Source of the DNA: an uncultured Acidimicrobiaceae bacterium
GTDB taxonomy: Bacteria > Actinomycetota > Acidimicrobiia > Acidimicrobiales > RAAP-2
NCBI GenBank assembly: GCA_963825965.1
Contig: CAWGUX010000012.1
Span: 545,881 to 609,880, forward strand
Reading direction: 5' to 3'
DNA length: 64,000 nt
The notes beneath the pieces were generated by a model, which had not been told where the DNA came from, made no database searches, and saw nothing but the letters and a program-made list of their open reading frames with translations. The stretch's first letter is position 1. Every line of letters begins with the position of its first letter. Made by a program: the position numbers and the translations under genes. Shown here in pieces: positions 1 through 11,411 of this stretch.

Positions 1-942
1 GGAGACGTCGACCTCCTCGAGGAACACGTCGACCGAGCCGGCATCGGCCCGCGACATCTCGAGCAGGTCACCGACCATGCGCTGGAAGCGGTGGAGGTCG
101 TCGCTCAGGAGCTGCAGCGCCCGCTGGGAGCGCGGAGGCAGCCGGTCGACGTCGGCCTCGAGGACCTCTAACGAGGCCGCCAGCGTGGTCAACGGCGAGC
201 GCAGCTCGTGGCTCACGTCCGAGTTGAACCGGGCCTCCCGCTCAATGCGCTCCTGCAGCTGGTCCACCATGGCATTGAACGAGTTCGTCAGCCCGATGAG
301 ATCCGGATCGGCGGCGTCGGCATCGAGGCGGGTGTCCAGCTCGCCGCTCGCGATGGCGCCCGCCGCTCGGGAGACGTCGGCCAGCGGCCGCAGGGATCGC
401 ACGCTGGCAAAGCGGCCGAGCGCGATGCCGAGGACTGTGGTGACCACGCCGGCCACCAGCAGCGTCAGCCCGAGCACCCGGAGCGTGTGGTCGAGATCGG
501 AGAGGTCGAACACCTCGAAGTAGGCAGCGTGGACCGAGGGGATGGGCACGCCCACGACGATCTCGGCGGTGCCCTGGATCGTGCGGTAGGTCTCGGTGGC
601 GGCGGATCCGCCGATGACGTCCTGGCGCAGCTGCTGTGGGATCGCCGCAGCAGTGACCGAGAGGGACGAGTCGTAGAACTTCGTCCGGTCGTAGAGGACC
701 GAGTGGGCGCCGGACCCGAAGTCGATGTTGGTCAGCAGGTTGACGTAGCCCGTGTTGCCCAGCTCCAGTGTGCTGCGCACGAGGACCGCGTTGGTGAACG
801 CCTGGTGCTGGGCGGCCGACTCGCGCCCGGCGAGCAGGTAGTGGCGGACGGTGAAATACGACAGCCCGCCCATCAAGATGGACAGCACCAGTGCACCGAG
901 ACCGAAGACGGCCGTGATCCGGGCAGTGATGCCCAGTTTCAC
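1..942 (-). CDS. sensor histidine kinase, partial (C-terminal ATPase part lies left of the window)
   Basis: Minus-strand reading from GTG at 942 gives two hydrophobic segments, a linker, then the H-box FNSDVSHELRSPLTTL. The frame stays open past position 1, so it is absent from the ORF track. It starts 1 nt after the stop of the response regulator. Confidence 0.85.
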   Translation of the reverse strand, partial: MKLGITARITAVFGLGALVLSILMGGLSYFTVRHYLLAGRESAAQHQAFTNAVLVRSTLELGNTGYVNLLTNIDFGSGAHSVLYDRTKFYDSSLSVTAAAIPQQLRQDVIGGSAATETYRTIQGTAEIVVGVPIPSVHAAYFEVFDLSDLDHTLRVLGLTLLVAGVVTTVLGIALGRFASVRSLRPLADVSRAAGAIASGELDTRLDADAADPDLIGLTNSFNAMVDQLQERIEREARFNSDVSHELRSPLTTLAASLEVLEADVDRLPPRSQRALQLLSDDLHRFQRMVGDLLEMSRADAGSVDVFLEEVDVS

Positions 943-943
943 G

Positions 944-1626
944 TCAAGGCACCAGCTTGTAGCCCATGCCCCTGACGGTGAGTATGTGCTGGGGCACCGC
1001 GGGGTCCGCTTCGACCTTGGTGCGCAAGCGCCGTATGTGGACGTCGACGAGCCGGCCGTCGCCGAAGTAGTCGTAGCCCCAGACCCGGTCGAGAAGCTGC
1101 TCGCGGCTGAGCACCTTGTTGGGGCTCGCCGCCAGTTCGCACAGGAGACGGAACTCGGTCCGGGTGCAGTGCACCTCGTCGCCGTTGAGGCGGCGCAGGA
1201 CACCCTGCTCGGGAAGCAGCTGCATGTCGCCGAAGGTCAACACGCCGGGATCTTCCTCCGCCGGGCGGGCGCGGCGCAGCAGGGCGCGGATACGCGCCGC
1301 CAACTCCTTGGCCACGAAGGGCTTGGTGACGTAGTCGTCAGCTCCCGCCTCGAGCCCCGCCACGACGTCGTGGGTGTCGCGCGCGCCGTCACGATGATGA
1401 TGGGGACGGCGCTGGTGCGGCGGAGGGCACGGCAGCACTCGAAGCCGTCCATGCCCGGCAGCATGAGGTCGATCAGCGCGACGTCGGGAGGTGCCTCGGC
1501 GAACATGTCGAGGCCCTCCTCGCCGCTGGCGGCGTCCCTTACCTCGTATCCCTCGCCCTCCAGGGCGAGTCGCATGGAGGACCTGATGCGTTCATCGTCC
1601 TCGACGACCAGGATGCGTCCGCTCAT
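944..1626 (-). pseudogene. OmpR/PhoB-family response regulator, one frame break (about 1385)
   Basis: The receiver domain MSGRILVVEDDERIR...DLMLPGMDGFE...IIIVTAR is the tail of ORF 1237..2397. The winged-helix part DTHDVVAGLEAGADDYVTKPF...VRGMGYKLVP is ORF 944..1438, in another frame. The junction lies in the cgcgcgcgc run at 1378-1386. The span is 683 nt, one base short of a multiple of 3. Confidence 0.9.
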
Positions 1627-1637
1627 CAGCCTCCATT

Positions 1638-3301
1638 TCAGCTGATCCAGATCTGTGTAGGCCAAATGGAGCCACCGATCATGCCGTACGCAGGCGAACC
1701 CTGCGGCGTCGTGGGGTTGTTGAAGTTCTGCACGTTGGGGTCGCCGATCACGGCCCAGACGGCCCGGTCCGTCCATAAATAGGGGAGGTCCAGGGCCAGG
1801 CGCTTGTTCACCGTCTTGTAGGCCGCCTCCCGGACGGCCTTGTCGGTGCTCTGGCGCGCCGGAGAGCAGCGCCTCTCGATGGTGGCATCGGAGTTGCGGG
1901 CCATGTTGATCGACAGCGAGCCCGAGCTCACCGTGGTCGTGCTCCAGAAGATGTAGTTGAGGTCGGGATCCACCGCCCCGAACTGGCGCCAGCCCAGCGC
2001 CTGGTACTTGCCGGCCAGGGCGTTGTTGATCGTCTGGTTCTGCTGGACGATCGTGGTGCTCACCTTGAACCCCACGGCCTGCCAGGCCTGCCCGAGGTAC
2101 TCCGCGGCGCGGATGGCCGCCGGCGAGTTCGTCGAGCCGTACGAGAAGGAGATCGGACCACCGTTCTCCTTCGCGGCCGCCTTGACCAGGTTGGTGGCCT
2201 GCGACGGGTTGTACGCGCGGGTACTGGGTCGTCGAGTAGTAGGGCGAGCCCGGGATGAACAGTCCGTTGCTCACGGGCAGGACATTGTCGTCGATCACCT
2301 TGGCGTACTGGCTGCGGTTGATTGCCATGGCGGCGGCGAGGCGCACGTTCGGGTCGTTGAAGGGTTTGGCCAGGCAGTTGAGCTGAATGCAGTTCATGTC
2401 GGGCTCTCCGGCGACGTGCGTGCTGTCGTCGATGTAGGCGTAGGCGTGGTTGTTGCCGGAACTCTGTGATGATCTGCGGCGTGTCCGTGATCATCAGGTC
2501 GATGGTGCCGGACTTGAGCGCTTCGGCCCGGGACTCCTCGTCGGGGATCGGCTTGTAGGTGATCTGCGAGAGGTACGGCATGCCCTTGCGCCAGTAGGTC
2601 GGATTGGCCGTGGCGGTGAAGTGGTCGTTGGGGATCCACTCCTTGAAGACGAAGGGCCCGGTGCCCACCGGGTGCGTGGTGCCGTTCGGGTTCGAGAGCA
2701 TGGAGGGCGCCACCACGTAGGCGATCTGCCCGCCGATCCCGCCGGCCAGGTAGAAGGGGAACGGCACCCAGGGCAGCTTGAAGGTGATGGTGGCGGCCAG
2801 CGGTCCGGTCTGGGTGATCGAGACCAGCGTCGGGCTGACGATGATGCCGGTCAGCAGGGACTTGGACTGTGCCACCAGGTTCGTCACCAGCGCGGCGCCG
2901 TTGCACGGAGTGCCGTCGTGGAACGTGACGTTGGGCCGCAAGGTGATGGTCCACGCGGTGTAGTCGGCGTTGGGGACCACGGACTCGGCCAGATACGGCG
3001 CCCAGCCACCGCTGGCGGTGATGATGGTCAGCGGGTCGAAGACCGTCCGTGCGTACATGACGCCGACCTCGTCGAAACGAGCCTGCGTCGGGTCGAAGCC
3101 CGACTCCTCGGCGTCCACACCGAAAACGAGCGAGCCACCTTTCTTCGGGGTCTTCGTGCTCACCCCGTTGCGCCCGGGCCCGTTGGTAATTGCGTCTGCG
3201 ATCCCGTCCCAACCCATTCCGAGCGCCGAGGCACCCGCAAAGCCCGCTGCAGCCGCTGCGCTTCCGGCAAGCAGGGTGCGACGATCGAATTTCGAGACCA
3301 T
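1638..3301 (-). pseudogene. ABC-type solute-binding protein, family 5 (peptide/nickel type), two frame breaks
   Basis: Twin-arginine-like signal MVSKFDRRTLLAGSAAAAAGFAGA. The family-5 body is spread over ORFs 2060..3301, 1237..2397 (its N-terminal part) and 1638..2075, with junctions near 2458 and 2216. No permease or ATPase genes are adjacent. Confidence 0.85.
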
Positions 3302-3376
3302 CAGCCCTCCATTTCCCCGAACCCAGCGGACCCCCCGGAAGGTTCCCGAGGGACGTTAGTTCCCAGGACCTGGTGT

Positions 3377-4261
3377 GTGGGGGCGGTACCGTGGGCTCCA
3401 GTGCCTGACGACTGGGATCTCGCAGGCTTTTCTGCCTGGCTCGGGGGCCGCGCCACGGCGACCCGCACGGCGTACGTGGCCGACGTGACGGCCTTTGCGG
3501 AGTGGATGGCCCGCAGCGACGTCGACGCGCCCGAGAGCGTCGACCGCATGCACCTCCGCCGGTACCTGGCCTCGCTGGGCACGCGGCGCCTCGCCCGTGC
3601 CACGATCGCTCGCAAGGCGGCCGCACTGCGCTGCTACTTCGCCTGGCTGTCCCGGCACGGACGCATCGGCTCCGATCCGGCCCGGTCCTTGCGGGCCCCG
3701 TCGGGCGGTGGCCGCCTGCCCCGCGTGCTCTCCTCGGGCGAGGTCGGCGCGCTGCTCGACGTCGGCGCCGGTGACGCGCTGGACCGGCGCGACCTCGCCG
3801 TACTCGAGCTCCTCTATGCCGCCGGGCTGCGCGTGTCGGAGCTCTGTGGGCTCAATCGTGGCGACATCGACGTGCGTGGCCGCACGGTGACGGTGCTCGG
3901 CAAGGGCGGGAAGCAGCGGCGCGTGCCCATCCACGACGCTGCGGTCGCCGCCCTGAATGCGTGGCTGCGCGACGGCCGCGACGAGATGAACGGGCCACCA
4001 GAGGCGGTATTCGTCAACCAGCGCGGGGCGCGGCTCGGGCCCCGCGACGTCCGCCGCATCCTCGACAGGCGTGCCGCGTCCCCGACCCACCCCCACGCCC
4101 TCCGCCATACCTACGCCACCCACCTGCTCGACGGGGGCGCCGACCTCCGCGTGGTCCAGGAGCTGCTGGGCCACGCCAGCCTGGCCACCACGCAGATCTA
4201 CACGCACGTGAGCAAGGAGCGGTTGCGCTCGGTGTACGGGGAGACCCACCCCAGGGCCTGA
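3377..4261 (+). CDS. xerC: tyrosine recombinase XerC/XerD family
   Basis: This is the C-terminal approximately 295 aa of ORF 2450..4261. It carries ...RRDLAVLELLYAAGLRVSELCGL...HALRHTYATHLLDGGADLRVVQELLGHASLATTQIYTHV (R..HxxR..Y catalytic pattern). The start is GTG at 3377 or 3401. The position upstream of rpsB matches actinobacterial synteny. Confidence 0.85.
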   Translation: MGAVPWAPVPDDWDLAGFSAWLGGRATATRTAYVADVTAFAEWMARSDVDAPESVDRMHLRRYLASLGTRRLARATIARKAAALRCYFAWLSRHGRIGSDPARSLRAPSGGGRLPRVLSSGEVGALLDVGAGDALDRRDLAVLELLYAAGLRVSELCGLNRGDIDVRGRTVTVLGKGGKQRRVPIHDAAVAALNAWLRDGRDEMNGPPEAVFVNQRGARLGPRDVRRILDRRAASPTHPHALRHTYATHLLDGGADLRVVQELLGHASLATTQIYTHVSKERLRSVYGETHPRA

Positions 4262-4403
4262 GGCCCGCTGAGCGGCTAACATGGTCAGGCCCACCACGGC
4301 GGTGGGCAGCAACATCCGACGAGAGCACCTGTCCGCGTTCCACGGTCGCTGCCAGCGGGCGGCGCTGCGCCAGGGAAGCACAACCGACTGGAGGAATATC
4401 TGT

Positions 4404-5199
4404 ATGGCCGTCGTTTCCATGCGACAGCTCCTGGAGGCCGGGGTCCATTTCGGCCACCAGACGCGCCGGTGGAACCCGAAGATGAAGCGCTTCATCCTTG
4501 GAGAGCGCAACGGGATCTACCTCATCGACCTGCGCAAGACGCTGAGCGGCGTCGAGTCCGCCTACGGCTTCGTGCGGGACCTGGTCGCCGACGGGGGGAC
4601 CATCCTCTTCGTGGGGACCAAGAAGCAGACCCAGGGCCCGGTCGCCGAGTACGCCGAGGCGTGTGGCATGCCCTTTGTGAACCAGCGCTGGCTCGGCGGG
4701 ATGCTGACCAACTTCGCGACGGTGTCGGGACGAGTGAAGCGTATGCAGGAGCTGCGCACCATGCAGGCCGCCGGCGACTTCGACGGCATGCCCAAGCGTG
4801 AGGCGCTCCAGCACACCCGCGAGCTCGAAAAGCTGAGCCGCAACCTGGGCGGTATCGCGGACCTCGAGCCGGCTGCCCAACGCGGTGTTCGTGATCGACA
4901 CCAAGAAGGAGCACATCGCGGTGACCGAGGCGCGCAAGCTCGGTCTGCCCGTCGTCGCGGTCGTCGACACCAACTGCGACCCCGACGTCATCGACTACGT
5001 GATCCCGGGCAACGACGACGCCATCCGTTCGGGTTCCCTCATGTGCCGGGTCATCGCCGACGCCGTCGCCGAGGGCCGCTTCATCGCGGCGCATCGACGC
5101 CAGATGGCGCCCCCGGCCCAGGCCGACGACGGTGCGTCCAGCCCGTCGCCGCGACCTCGCCGCCCCCGCCCGGCACCAGAGCCGGTGGAGGTGGCCTGA
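4404..5199 (+). pseudogene. rpsB: 30S ribosomal protein S2, one frame break (about 4868)
   Basis: ATG at 4404 is preceded by ggagga. [27 protein letters not shown]...NLGGIADLE then continues in ORF 4885..5199 as (RLPNA)[33 protein letters not shown]. There is an extra base in ccgg. Confidence 0.95.
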
Positions 5200-5201
5200 C
5201 C

Positions 5202-5996
5202 GTGGCCAACTACACCGCCAAGGATGTCGCCGCCCTGCGCCAGATGACCGGCGCAGGGATGCTCGACTGCAAGAACGCGCTCGAGCAGGCCGGCGGCGAC
5301 GTGGACAAGGCAGCACAGATTCTCCGTGAGAAGGGCCTCGCCGGTGCCGCCAAGCGCGGCGACCGCGAGGCGGCCGAGGGTGCGGTGGCCGTGGCGCGCA
5401 GCGGCGACGCCGCCGCGGTGGTCGAGCTGCGTTGTGAGACCGACTTCGTGGCCAAGGCCGACGAATTCGTCGCCCTGGCCGACGAGCTGGCCGCGCTCGT
5501 CGCGGCCAAGGGTGAGGAGGCGACCAGCGAGCTGAACGACGAGATCGAGCGGCTGCGAGCCACCCTCAAGGAGAACATCTCGGTGGGCCGGGTGCGGCGT
5601 CTCGTCGCCGAGCCGGGCCAGATCCTCGACACCTACCTCCACCTGCAGGCCGGCCGCGGCGTCAACGCAGTCGCCCTGGTGCTCGAGGGAGGTTCCGAGG
5701 AGTTGGCGCATGACATCGCGGTGCACATCGCGTTCGCCAAGCCCGTCTACCTGAGCCGTGACGAGGTGCCCGAGGCCGAAGTGGCCGCCGAGCGCGCCAC
5801 GCTCGAGACCATCTCCCGCAACGAGGGCAAGCCCGAGGCGGCGCTCGGCAAGATCGTCGAGGGCAGGATGACGGGCTGGTTCAAAGATCGTGTGCTGCTC
5901 GACCAGTCCTACGTGCGCGACGAGAAGCAGACGATCGCCGGGTTGCTCGGGTCGGCGCGCATCGTCTCGTTCGCGCAGGTCGTCATCGGCGCCTGA
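5202..5996 (+). CDS. tsf: elongation factor Ts
   Basis: GTG at 5202 is in frame with the tail of ORF 4281..5996. [37 protein letters not shown]... is uninterrupted. Confidence 0.97.
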   Translation: MANYTAKDVAALRQMTGAGMLDCKNALEQAGGDVDKAAQILREKGLAGAAKRGDREAAEGAVAVARSGDAAAVVELRCETDFVAKADEFVALADELAALVAAKGEEATSELNDEIERLRATLKENISVGRVRRLVAEPGQILDTYLHLQAGRGVNAVALVLEGGSEELAHDIAVHIAFAKPVYLSRDEVPEAEVAAERATLETISRNEGKPEAALGKIVEGRMTGWFKDRVLLDQSYVRDEKQTIAGLLGSARIVSFAQVVIGA

Positions 5997-6008
5997 CGCG
6001 TCGGAATC

Positions 6009-6730
6009 GTGGGAGAGCCGCGCCGGATTGTCCTCAAGATGTCGGGGGAGGCCTTGGCCTCCGCGGCCTCGGACCAGACCCTCGATGCCGCGACCGTCGA
6101 GCGCATGGCCAAGGAGATGGCGCGCGCGCGATGGACGGCGGCGGCCTGGAGCTCGCGGTCGTCGTGGGTGGCGGCAACATCTGGCGCGGCACCACCGGTG
6201 AGAGCGGGGGCATGGACCGCGCCACCTCGGACACGATGGGCATGCTGGGGACGGTGATCAACGCGTTGGCGCTCCAGGACGCACTCGAGCAACAGGATCA
6301 GCCGACACGGGTACTCAGTGCGCTCTCCATGGCCGAGGTGGCCGAGCCCTACATCCGGCGGCGGGCCATCCGGCACCTCGAGAAGGGCCGCATCGTGATC
6401 TTCGCAGCGGGCATGGGCAATCCCTTCTTCACCACCGATACCCCAGCCGCCCTGCGGGCAGCCGAGATCGGCGCGGAGCTCTTGTGCAAAGGCACGCATT
6501 CGGGGGTCGACGGCGTCTACAGCGCCGACCCCAAGCTCGACCCGACCGCCACCCGTTACGACGAGATCTCCTTCATGGAGGTGATCAGCCGGGACTTGCG
6601 GGTGATGGACCTGACCGCCATCACCTTCTGCAAGGACAACAACCTGCCCATCCGGGTCTTCGACCTTATGATCCCCGGCAACATCCCTCGTGCGCTCAGC
6701 GGTGAGCAGATCGGTACGCTGGTTCGCTGA
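6009..6730 (+). pseudogene. pyrH: UMP kinase, one frame break inside (CG)5 at 6121-6130
   Basis: ORF 6009..6257 gives [12 protein letters not shown]...[11 protein letters not shown] 6131..6730 gives [17 protein letters not shown]...VYSADP...IRVFDL. Confidence 0.93.
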
Positions 6731-7299
6731 TGGACGACGATCTCGCCAACCTGGTCAAGGAGGACACCAGGGACAAGATGGGCAAAGCCATCGATCATGT
6801 CCGCCACGAGATGGGCAACGTGCGGACCGGTCGGGCGTCCTCGGCGCTCGTCGAGACCCTCATGGTGGACTACTACGGCACGCCGACCCCGCTGCGTCAG
6901 CTGGCCGGGTTCAGCGTCCCTGATGCAATGCTCTTGGTGATCTCGCCCTACGACAAGGGGTCGCTCGGAGCGATCGAGAAGGCGATCATGGCTTCTGATT
7001 TGGGTATCAACCCCACGAACGACGGAACCGTGATCCGGCTGGCTTTTCCGCCGTTGACAGAAGAGCGTCGCAAGGAGCTGGTCAAGGTCGTGCGGCACAA
7101 GGCAGAGGAGGGGAGGGTCGCAGTGCGGAACCTGCGCCGGGGAGGGCGTCACGAGCTCGAGGCCCTGCAGAAGGACGGTGATCTGAGCACCGACGAGCTC
7201 GAGCGTGTCGAGAAGGATCTCGAGAAGATCACCCACGAGCAGGTCGCGCTGATCGATCAACTGCTCTCGCACAAAGAGCAAGAGCTGTTGCAGGTCTGA
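6730..7299 (+). CDS. frr: ribosome recycling factor
   Basis: Intact ORF of 189 aa, with a TGATG overlap onto the pyrH stop. VRTGRASSALVETLMVDYYGTPTPLRQLA is a typical Frr sequence. Confidence 0.97.
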   Translation: MDDDLANLVKEDTRDKMGKAIDHVRHEMGNVRTGRASSALVETLMVDYYGTPTPLRQLAGFSVPDAMLLVISPYDKGSLGAIEKAIMASDLGINPTNDGTVIRLAFPPLTEERRKELVKVVRHKAEEGRVAVRNLRRGGRHELEALQKDGDLSTDELERVEKDLEKITHEQVALIDQLLSHKEQELLQV

Positions 7300-7308
7300 G
7301 GGGCGACG

Positions 7309-8895
7309 ATGAGCGACGACGGCACGAACGACTTCGACGAAGACGAACTCGACACCGGCTTCGGTGGGTTCGGCGATCCGGGTGCCGAGGCGACTGAGGA
7401 GGAGCCCCCCACCTACCACTCGGGCCGGGTGCGCATCATCGGTGCAGAACCGGCGGGGGACACCATCCGGGAGGTCACCGGTCCCGTCGACGAGGACCAT
7501 GCCGAGCTCCCGCACTGGAACGACGCGCCGACCGGCCAGGTGCCCGCCGTGCTCGATCGCAGCAATGGCGAGGAACCGCTCGTCGCTCCACCCACGTGGC
7601 GCGAGGAGGAGACCGACTGGGCCGCTCAAGAAGAGGTCTTCGAGCCCTCCATGCTCTCGGGCGACCTCCCGGCCGTCGGCGCGCTGTTAGGCGAGCGCGA
7701 CGACGTCGAGCGCCAGCCTTGGCACTTCGAGTCTGACGACACCTTGGTGATCCCGCCGGAGCCGGGACTCGAGCACGAGCCCGCGCACGCGGCGAGGGAG
7801 CCCGAGGAGGTCTCGCTGCACGAGCCATACGCGACGCACGAGCCGTTCGTGCCCCCCGAGCCGCTCGACGCAGCGTTCGAGCCCGAGCCCGAGCCCGAGT
7901 TCGAGCCCGCTGAAGTGGCGTCCCGTGTCGCCGCACCGCTCACCGCCGCGTCGTCGGTCGCGGCCGCCTCGAGGTTGAGCCCGCCGCAGCCGCCGGAGCA
8001 GAAGGTGCGCGTCCCACGGACGACGCGTTCGAGCACGACCGCACGCACGGGCAATGTGAACACCGCGGGTACCGGCGGGCGAGACATGCGGGTGGCGATC
8101 GGCTCGGGGCTCCTACTCGGCATTGCCGCGCTGATCTGCTTCGCCGCCGGCACCGTGGCCACCATGGTGATCGTCTGTATCGTGGTGTTGCTCGCCGCGG
8201 CGGAGGCGTATGCCGCCTTCCGGCGCGCGCAGTACCACCCGGCCACGCTGCTGGGGCTGGTGGCGGTCTTGTCGCTGCTCATCGAGACGTACAACAAGGG
8301 CGTCGCTGCGCTGCCGCTGGTGCTCGTCCTGCTTGTCGCCGGGTCGTTCATCTGGTACCTGGCCCGCGTCGAGCCGGCGGCAGAGCCGGTGTCGGGCATC
8401 ACGTCGACTGTCTTCGTCTTCGTCTGGGTCGGGGCGTTCGGCTCGTTCGCCGCGTTGCTGCTCGACCCGAACCTCTTCCCCGATCGGCACGGGATCGCGT
8501 TCATCTTGGCGGCGGTCATCGTGACCGTGGCCGACGACATCGCATCGCTTCTGATCGGCTCCGCGATGGGCCGCCACCAGCTGGCGCCGTCCATCAGTCC
8601 CAACAAGAGCTGGGAGGGACTGATCGGTGGCGCTGTGGTGGCCATCTTGGTGTCGGTGATCGTGGTCCACTTCATCCATCCGTGGACCATCGGCAAAGCC
8701 GCGATCTTCGGCGTGGTCGTCGCGGTGGTGGCGCCCCTCGGTGACCTGAGCCAATCGATGATCAAGCGGCACCTCGGCCTCAAGGACATGGGCCGGATCC
8801 TCCCCGGCCACGGGGGCGTCCTCGACCGCGTCGACGGGCTCCTGTTCGTGATCCCCGCCACGTACTTCGTGGTCAAGGCGATGCATCTCGGGTGA
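7309..8895 (+). CDS. cdsA: phosphatidate cytidylyltransferase with an approximately 250-aa acidic Pro/Glu-rich N-terminal extension
   Basis: The C-terminal approximately 270 aa is polytopic, with the CdsA signature SWEGLIGG...GDLSQSMIKRHLGLKDMGRILPGHGGVLDRVDGLLF. The N-terminal part has coding-like third-position GC but is low complexity. Confidence 0.85.
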   Translation: MSDDGTNDFDEDELDTGFGGFGDPGAEATEEEPPTYHSGRVRIIGAEPAGDTIREVTGPVDEDHAELPHWNDAPTGQVPAVLDRSNGEEPLVAPPTWREEETDWAAQEEVFEPSMLSGDLPAVGALLGERDDVERQPWHFESDDTLVIPPEPGLEHEPAHAAREPEEVSLHEPYATHEPFVPPEPLDAAFEPEPEPEFEPAEVASRVAAPLTAASSVAAASRLSPPQPPEQKVRVPRTTRSSTTARTGNVNTAGTGGRDMRVAIGSGLLLGIAALICFAAGTVATMVIVCIVVLLAAAEAYAAFRRAQYHPATLLGLVAVLSLLIETYNKGVAALPLVLVLLVAGSFIWYLARVEPAAEPVSGITSTVFVFVWVGAFGSFAALLLDPNLFPDRHGIAFILAAVIVTVADDIASLLIGSAMGRHQLAPSISPNKSWEGLIGGAVVAILVSVIVVHFIHPWTIGKAAIFGVVVAVVAPLGDLSQSMIKRHLGLKDMGRILPGHGGVLDRVDGLLFVIPATYFVVKAMHLG

Positions 8896-8899
8896 TCTG

Positions 8900-10071
8900 A
8901 TGCGCACGGTCAGCCTGATGGGTTCCACAGGCTCAGTCGGGACCCAGGCACTCGACGTCGTGCGCCGAGAGCCCGAGCGGTTCCGCGTCCACGCGCTGGC
9001 GGCCCACTCCTCGTCCGAGGTCCTGGTGGCCCAGGCCGCAGAGTTCCGCCCCGACCTGGTCGTGATCGGCGACCCCGCCCGCGGTGGCGAGGTGCGTGCG
9101 GGCGTCTCCGCGGGCACCGAGGTCATGGTCGGCGAGGAGGGCATGGTCGCCGCCGCCCGAGGCGCCGACGTCGTGCTCAATGCCGTCGTCGGCTTCGCGG
9201 GACTGCCGGTGACGATGGCCGCGCTCGAGGCAGGCAAGCGCCTGGCGCTGGCCAACAAGGAATCGCTGATCGCCGGCGCCCCGGTCGTCCAGAAGGCGCG
9301 TCGCACCCCGGGGGCCGAGATCGTGCCGGTGGACTCCGAGCACTGTGCGCTGCACCAATGCCTCGCGTCGGTCCAGGGCGCGACCGATGTGGCGCGCCTG
9401 TTGCTCACGGCGTCGGGCGGCCCCTTCCGGGGCTGGCCTTCCGAGAGGCTGGCCGGCATCACCGTCGCCGACACGTTGGCTCATCCGACGTGGTCGATGG
9501 GACCGAAGATCACGGTCGACTCGTCGACGCTCATGAACAAGGGCCTCGAGGTGATTGAGGCGCACGAGCTCTTCGGCGTCGACTACGACCGCATCGACAT
9601 CGTGGTGCATCCGCAGTCGATCGTGCACTCCATGGTGGAGTTGCGCGACGGCTCGACACTGGCCCAGCTGGCCGACACCGACATGCGCCTGCCCATCGGC
9701 TACGCGCTCGGGCTGGCCCGACCGAGCCGCGACACCCTTCGGCGTCGCTCGACTGGTCGACGCCGCGCACGTTGACCTTCGAACCGCCCGACCGGGGTGT
9801 GTTCCGCTGCATCGACCTCGCCTACGAAGCCGGACGCGCCGGGGGCTCGGCACCGGCCTGGCTCAGCGCGGCCAACGAGGTGGCGGTCGAGCCGTTCCTC
9901 GCCGGCGGCCTGCCCTGGACCGGCATCGCCGATGTCGTTGCCGAGACGCTCGAAGGCTGGGCGGACGATCAGGTCGACCAGGTCGAAGGGGTATTGGCGG
10001 CCGATGCAGCGGCCCGGTCCCGAGCGGGCGAGATCGTCGGGCGACGCATGGGGGCGGGGGGCGGCCGATAG
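8900..10071 (+). pseudogene. dxr: 1-deoxy-D-xylulose-5-phosphate reductoisomerase, two frame breaks (about 9712 and 9745)
   Basis: GSTGSVGTQALDV...LANKESL...DSEHCAL...PIGYALG (ORF 8900..9775). WPDRAATPFG lies in a second frame. [33 protein letters not shown]... continues in ORF 9772..10071. Confidence 0.93.
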
Positions 10072-10084
10072 CGTTGAGCTGGTC

Positions 10085-11407
10085 ATGACGATCACCGAGC
10101 AGGAGGAACGGGCGGACGTCCTGCCCCTCGGGCCAGATCCGGCCGAACCGGATCTCGCGCCATCGGGCAACCTGACGCGGATTGTCCGGCTTCTTGTCGG
10201 CCTTGCGCTGATCACCGTCCTCTTCGTTCTCTTGGGCTGGGGCTATCTGCTCTTGTTCATCGCCATCCTGGTGGTGATCGTCATGCTGCACGAGTTGGGA
10301 CACTTCGCGACCGCCAAGTGGGCCGGCATGAAGGTCACCGAATACTTCGTGGGATTCGGGCCCCGGCTGTGGTCGGTGCGCCGAGGCGAGACCGAGTACG
10401 GGGTCAAGGCCATCCCTGCCGGGTGGCTACGTGCGCATTGTCGGCTTCACCTCGACCGAAGAGGTGGACGAGGAGGACGAGCCGCGGGCCTACCGCCAGC
10501 AGCCTTTCCACCAGCGCATCATCGTCGCCTCCGCCGGCTCCGCCATGCACTTCCTGATCGCGCTCGTCCTCGCTCTCATCGTCGTGCTCGGCTTCGGCCA
10601 GCCGACCAACAACTACACGGTCGCAGGGTTGGAGCACTGGGGCGGTAGGACCACACCCGCCGCCCTGGCCGGCCTGAAGGCGGGCGACACCATCGTCTCC
10701 ATCAACGGCAAGACGTTCAGCAATCCCAACGCCATGACCAGACGCCGTCAAGGACTCGACCGGCAAGCAGATCGTGCTCGGTGTCCAGCGGGACGGTCGG
10801 TTGATCCACGTGACCGCGACGCCCGAGAGCGGGAAGGGCGTCACGGTTGACGGGCAGAAGCTCGCGGACCGCGGGTATCTCGGCATCAACATCGCACGAC
10901 GCCGTCCATGCGGTGTCGGTGGCGTCGGCACCAGGGGCCGCGATTTCGACGATAGGGACCGTCACCGACCAGGAGGTCGGTCGGAATCGGCAACGTGTTC
11001 TCGCCTCACGGGATCGCTGCGCTGTGGCACCAGCTCACCAACTCCAAGGACGCGCAAGCGGTGGCAAACAACCCAGGCCTTGCGCTCCGCGCCCGAGTCG
11101 ATTGCCGGGCATCGTCAACATCGGTGCGCAGGCGGAGCAAGAAGGCCTGTATCCCGTTCTGATGTTGCTGATCGCAATCAACATCGTCTTCGGGATCCTC
11201 AACATGCTGCCGATGATCCCGTTCGACGGCGGTCACGTCGCCATCGCCGGCTACGAGTGGATCCGCACCAAGAAGGGCCAGCCCTATTACCGCGCCGACA
11301 TCACCAAGCTGTTGCCGGTGGCCGCGCTCTTCATCGCCTTCCTTGGCCTCTTCGTGCTCGCGGCGGTCTTCTTGGACATCACACACCCGCTGCAGTTACC
11401 ACACTGA
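10085..11407 (+). pseudogene. rseP: site-2 (M50/RseP-type) zinc metalloprotease, about six +1 frame breaks
   Basis: HELGHF motif ([20 protein letters not shown]), a PDZ-like middle part (LAGLKAGDTIVSINGK) and a C-terminal NMLPMIPFDGGHV motif. The pieces lie in ORFs 9797..10648, 10431..10850, 10774..11502 and 10847..11407 plus an unlisted frame (GIGNVFSPHGIAALWHQL). Confidence 0.85.
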
Positions 11408-11411
11408 CGCC

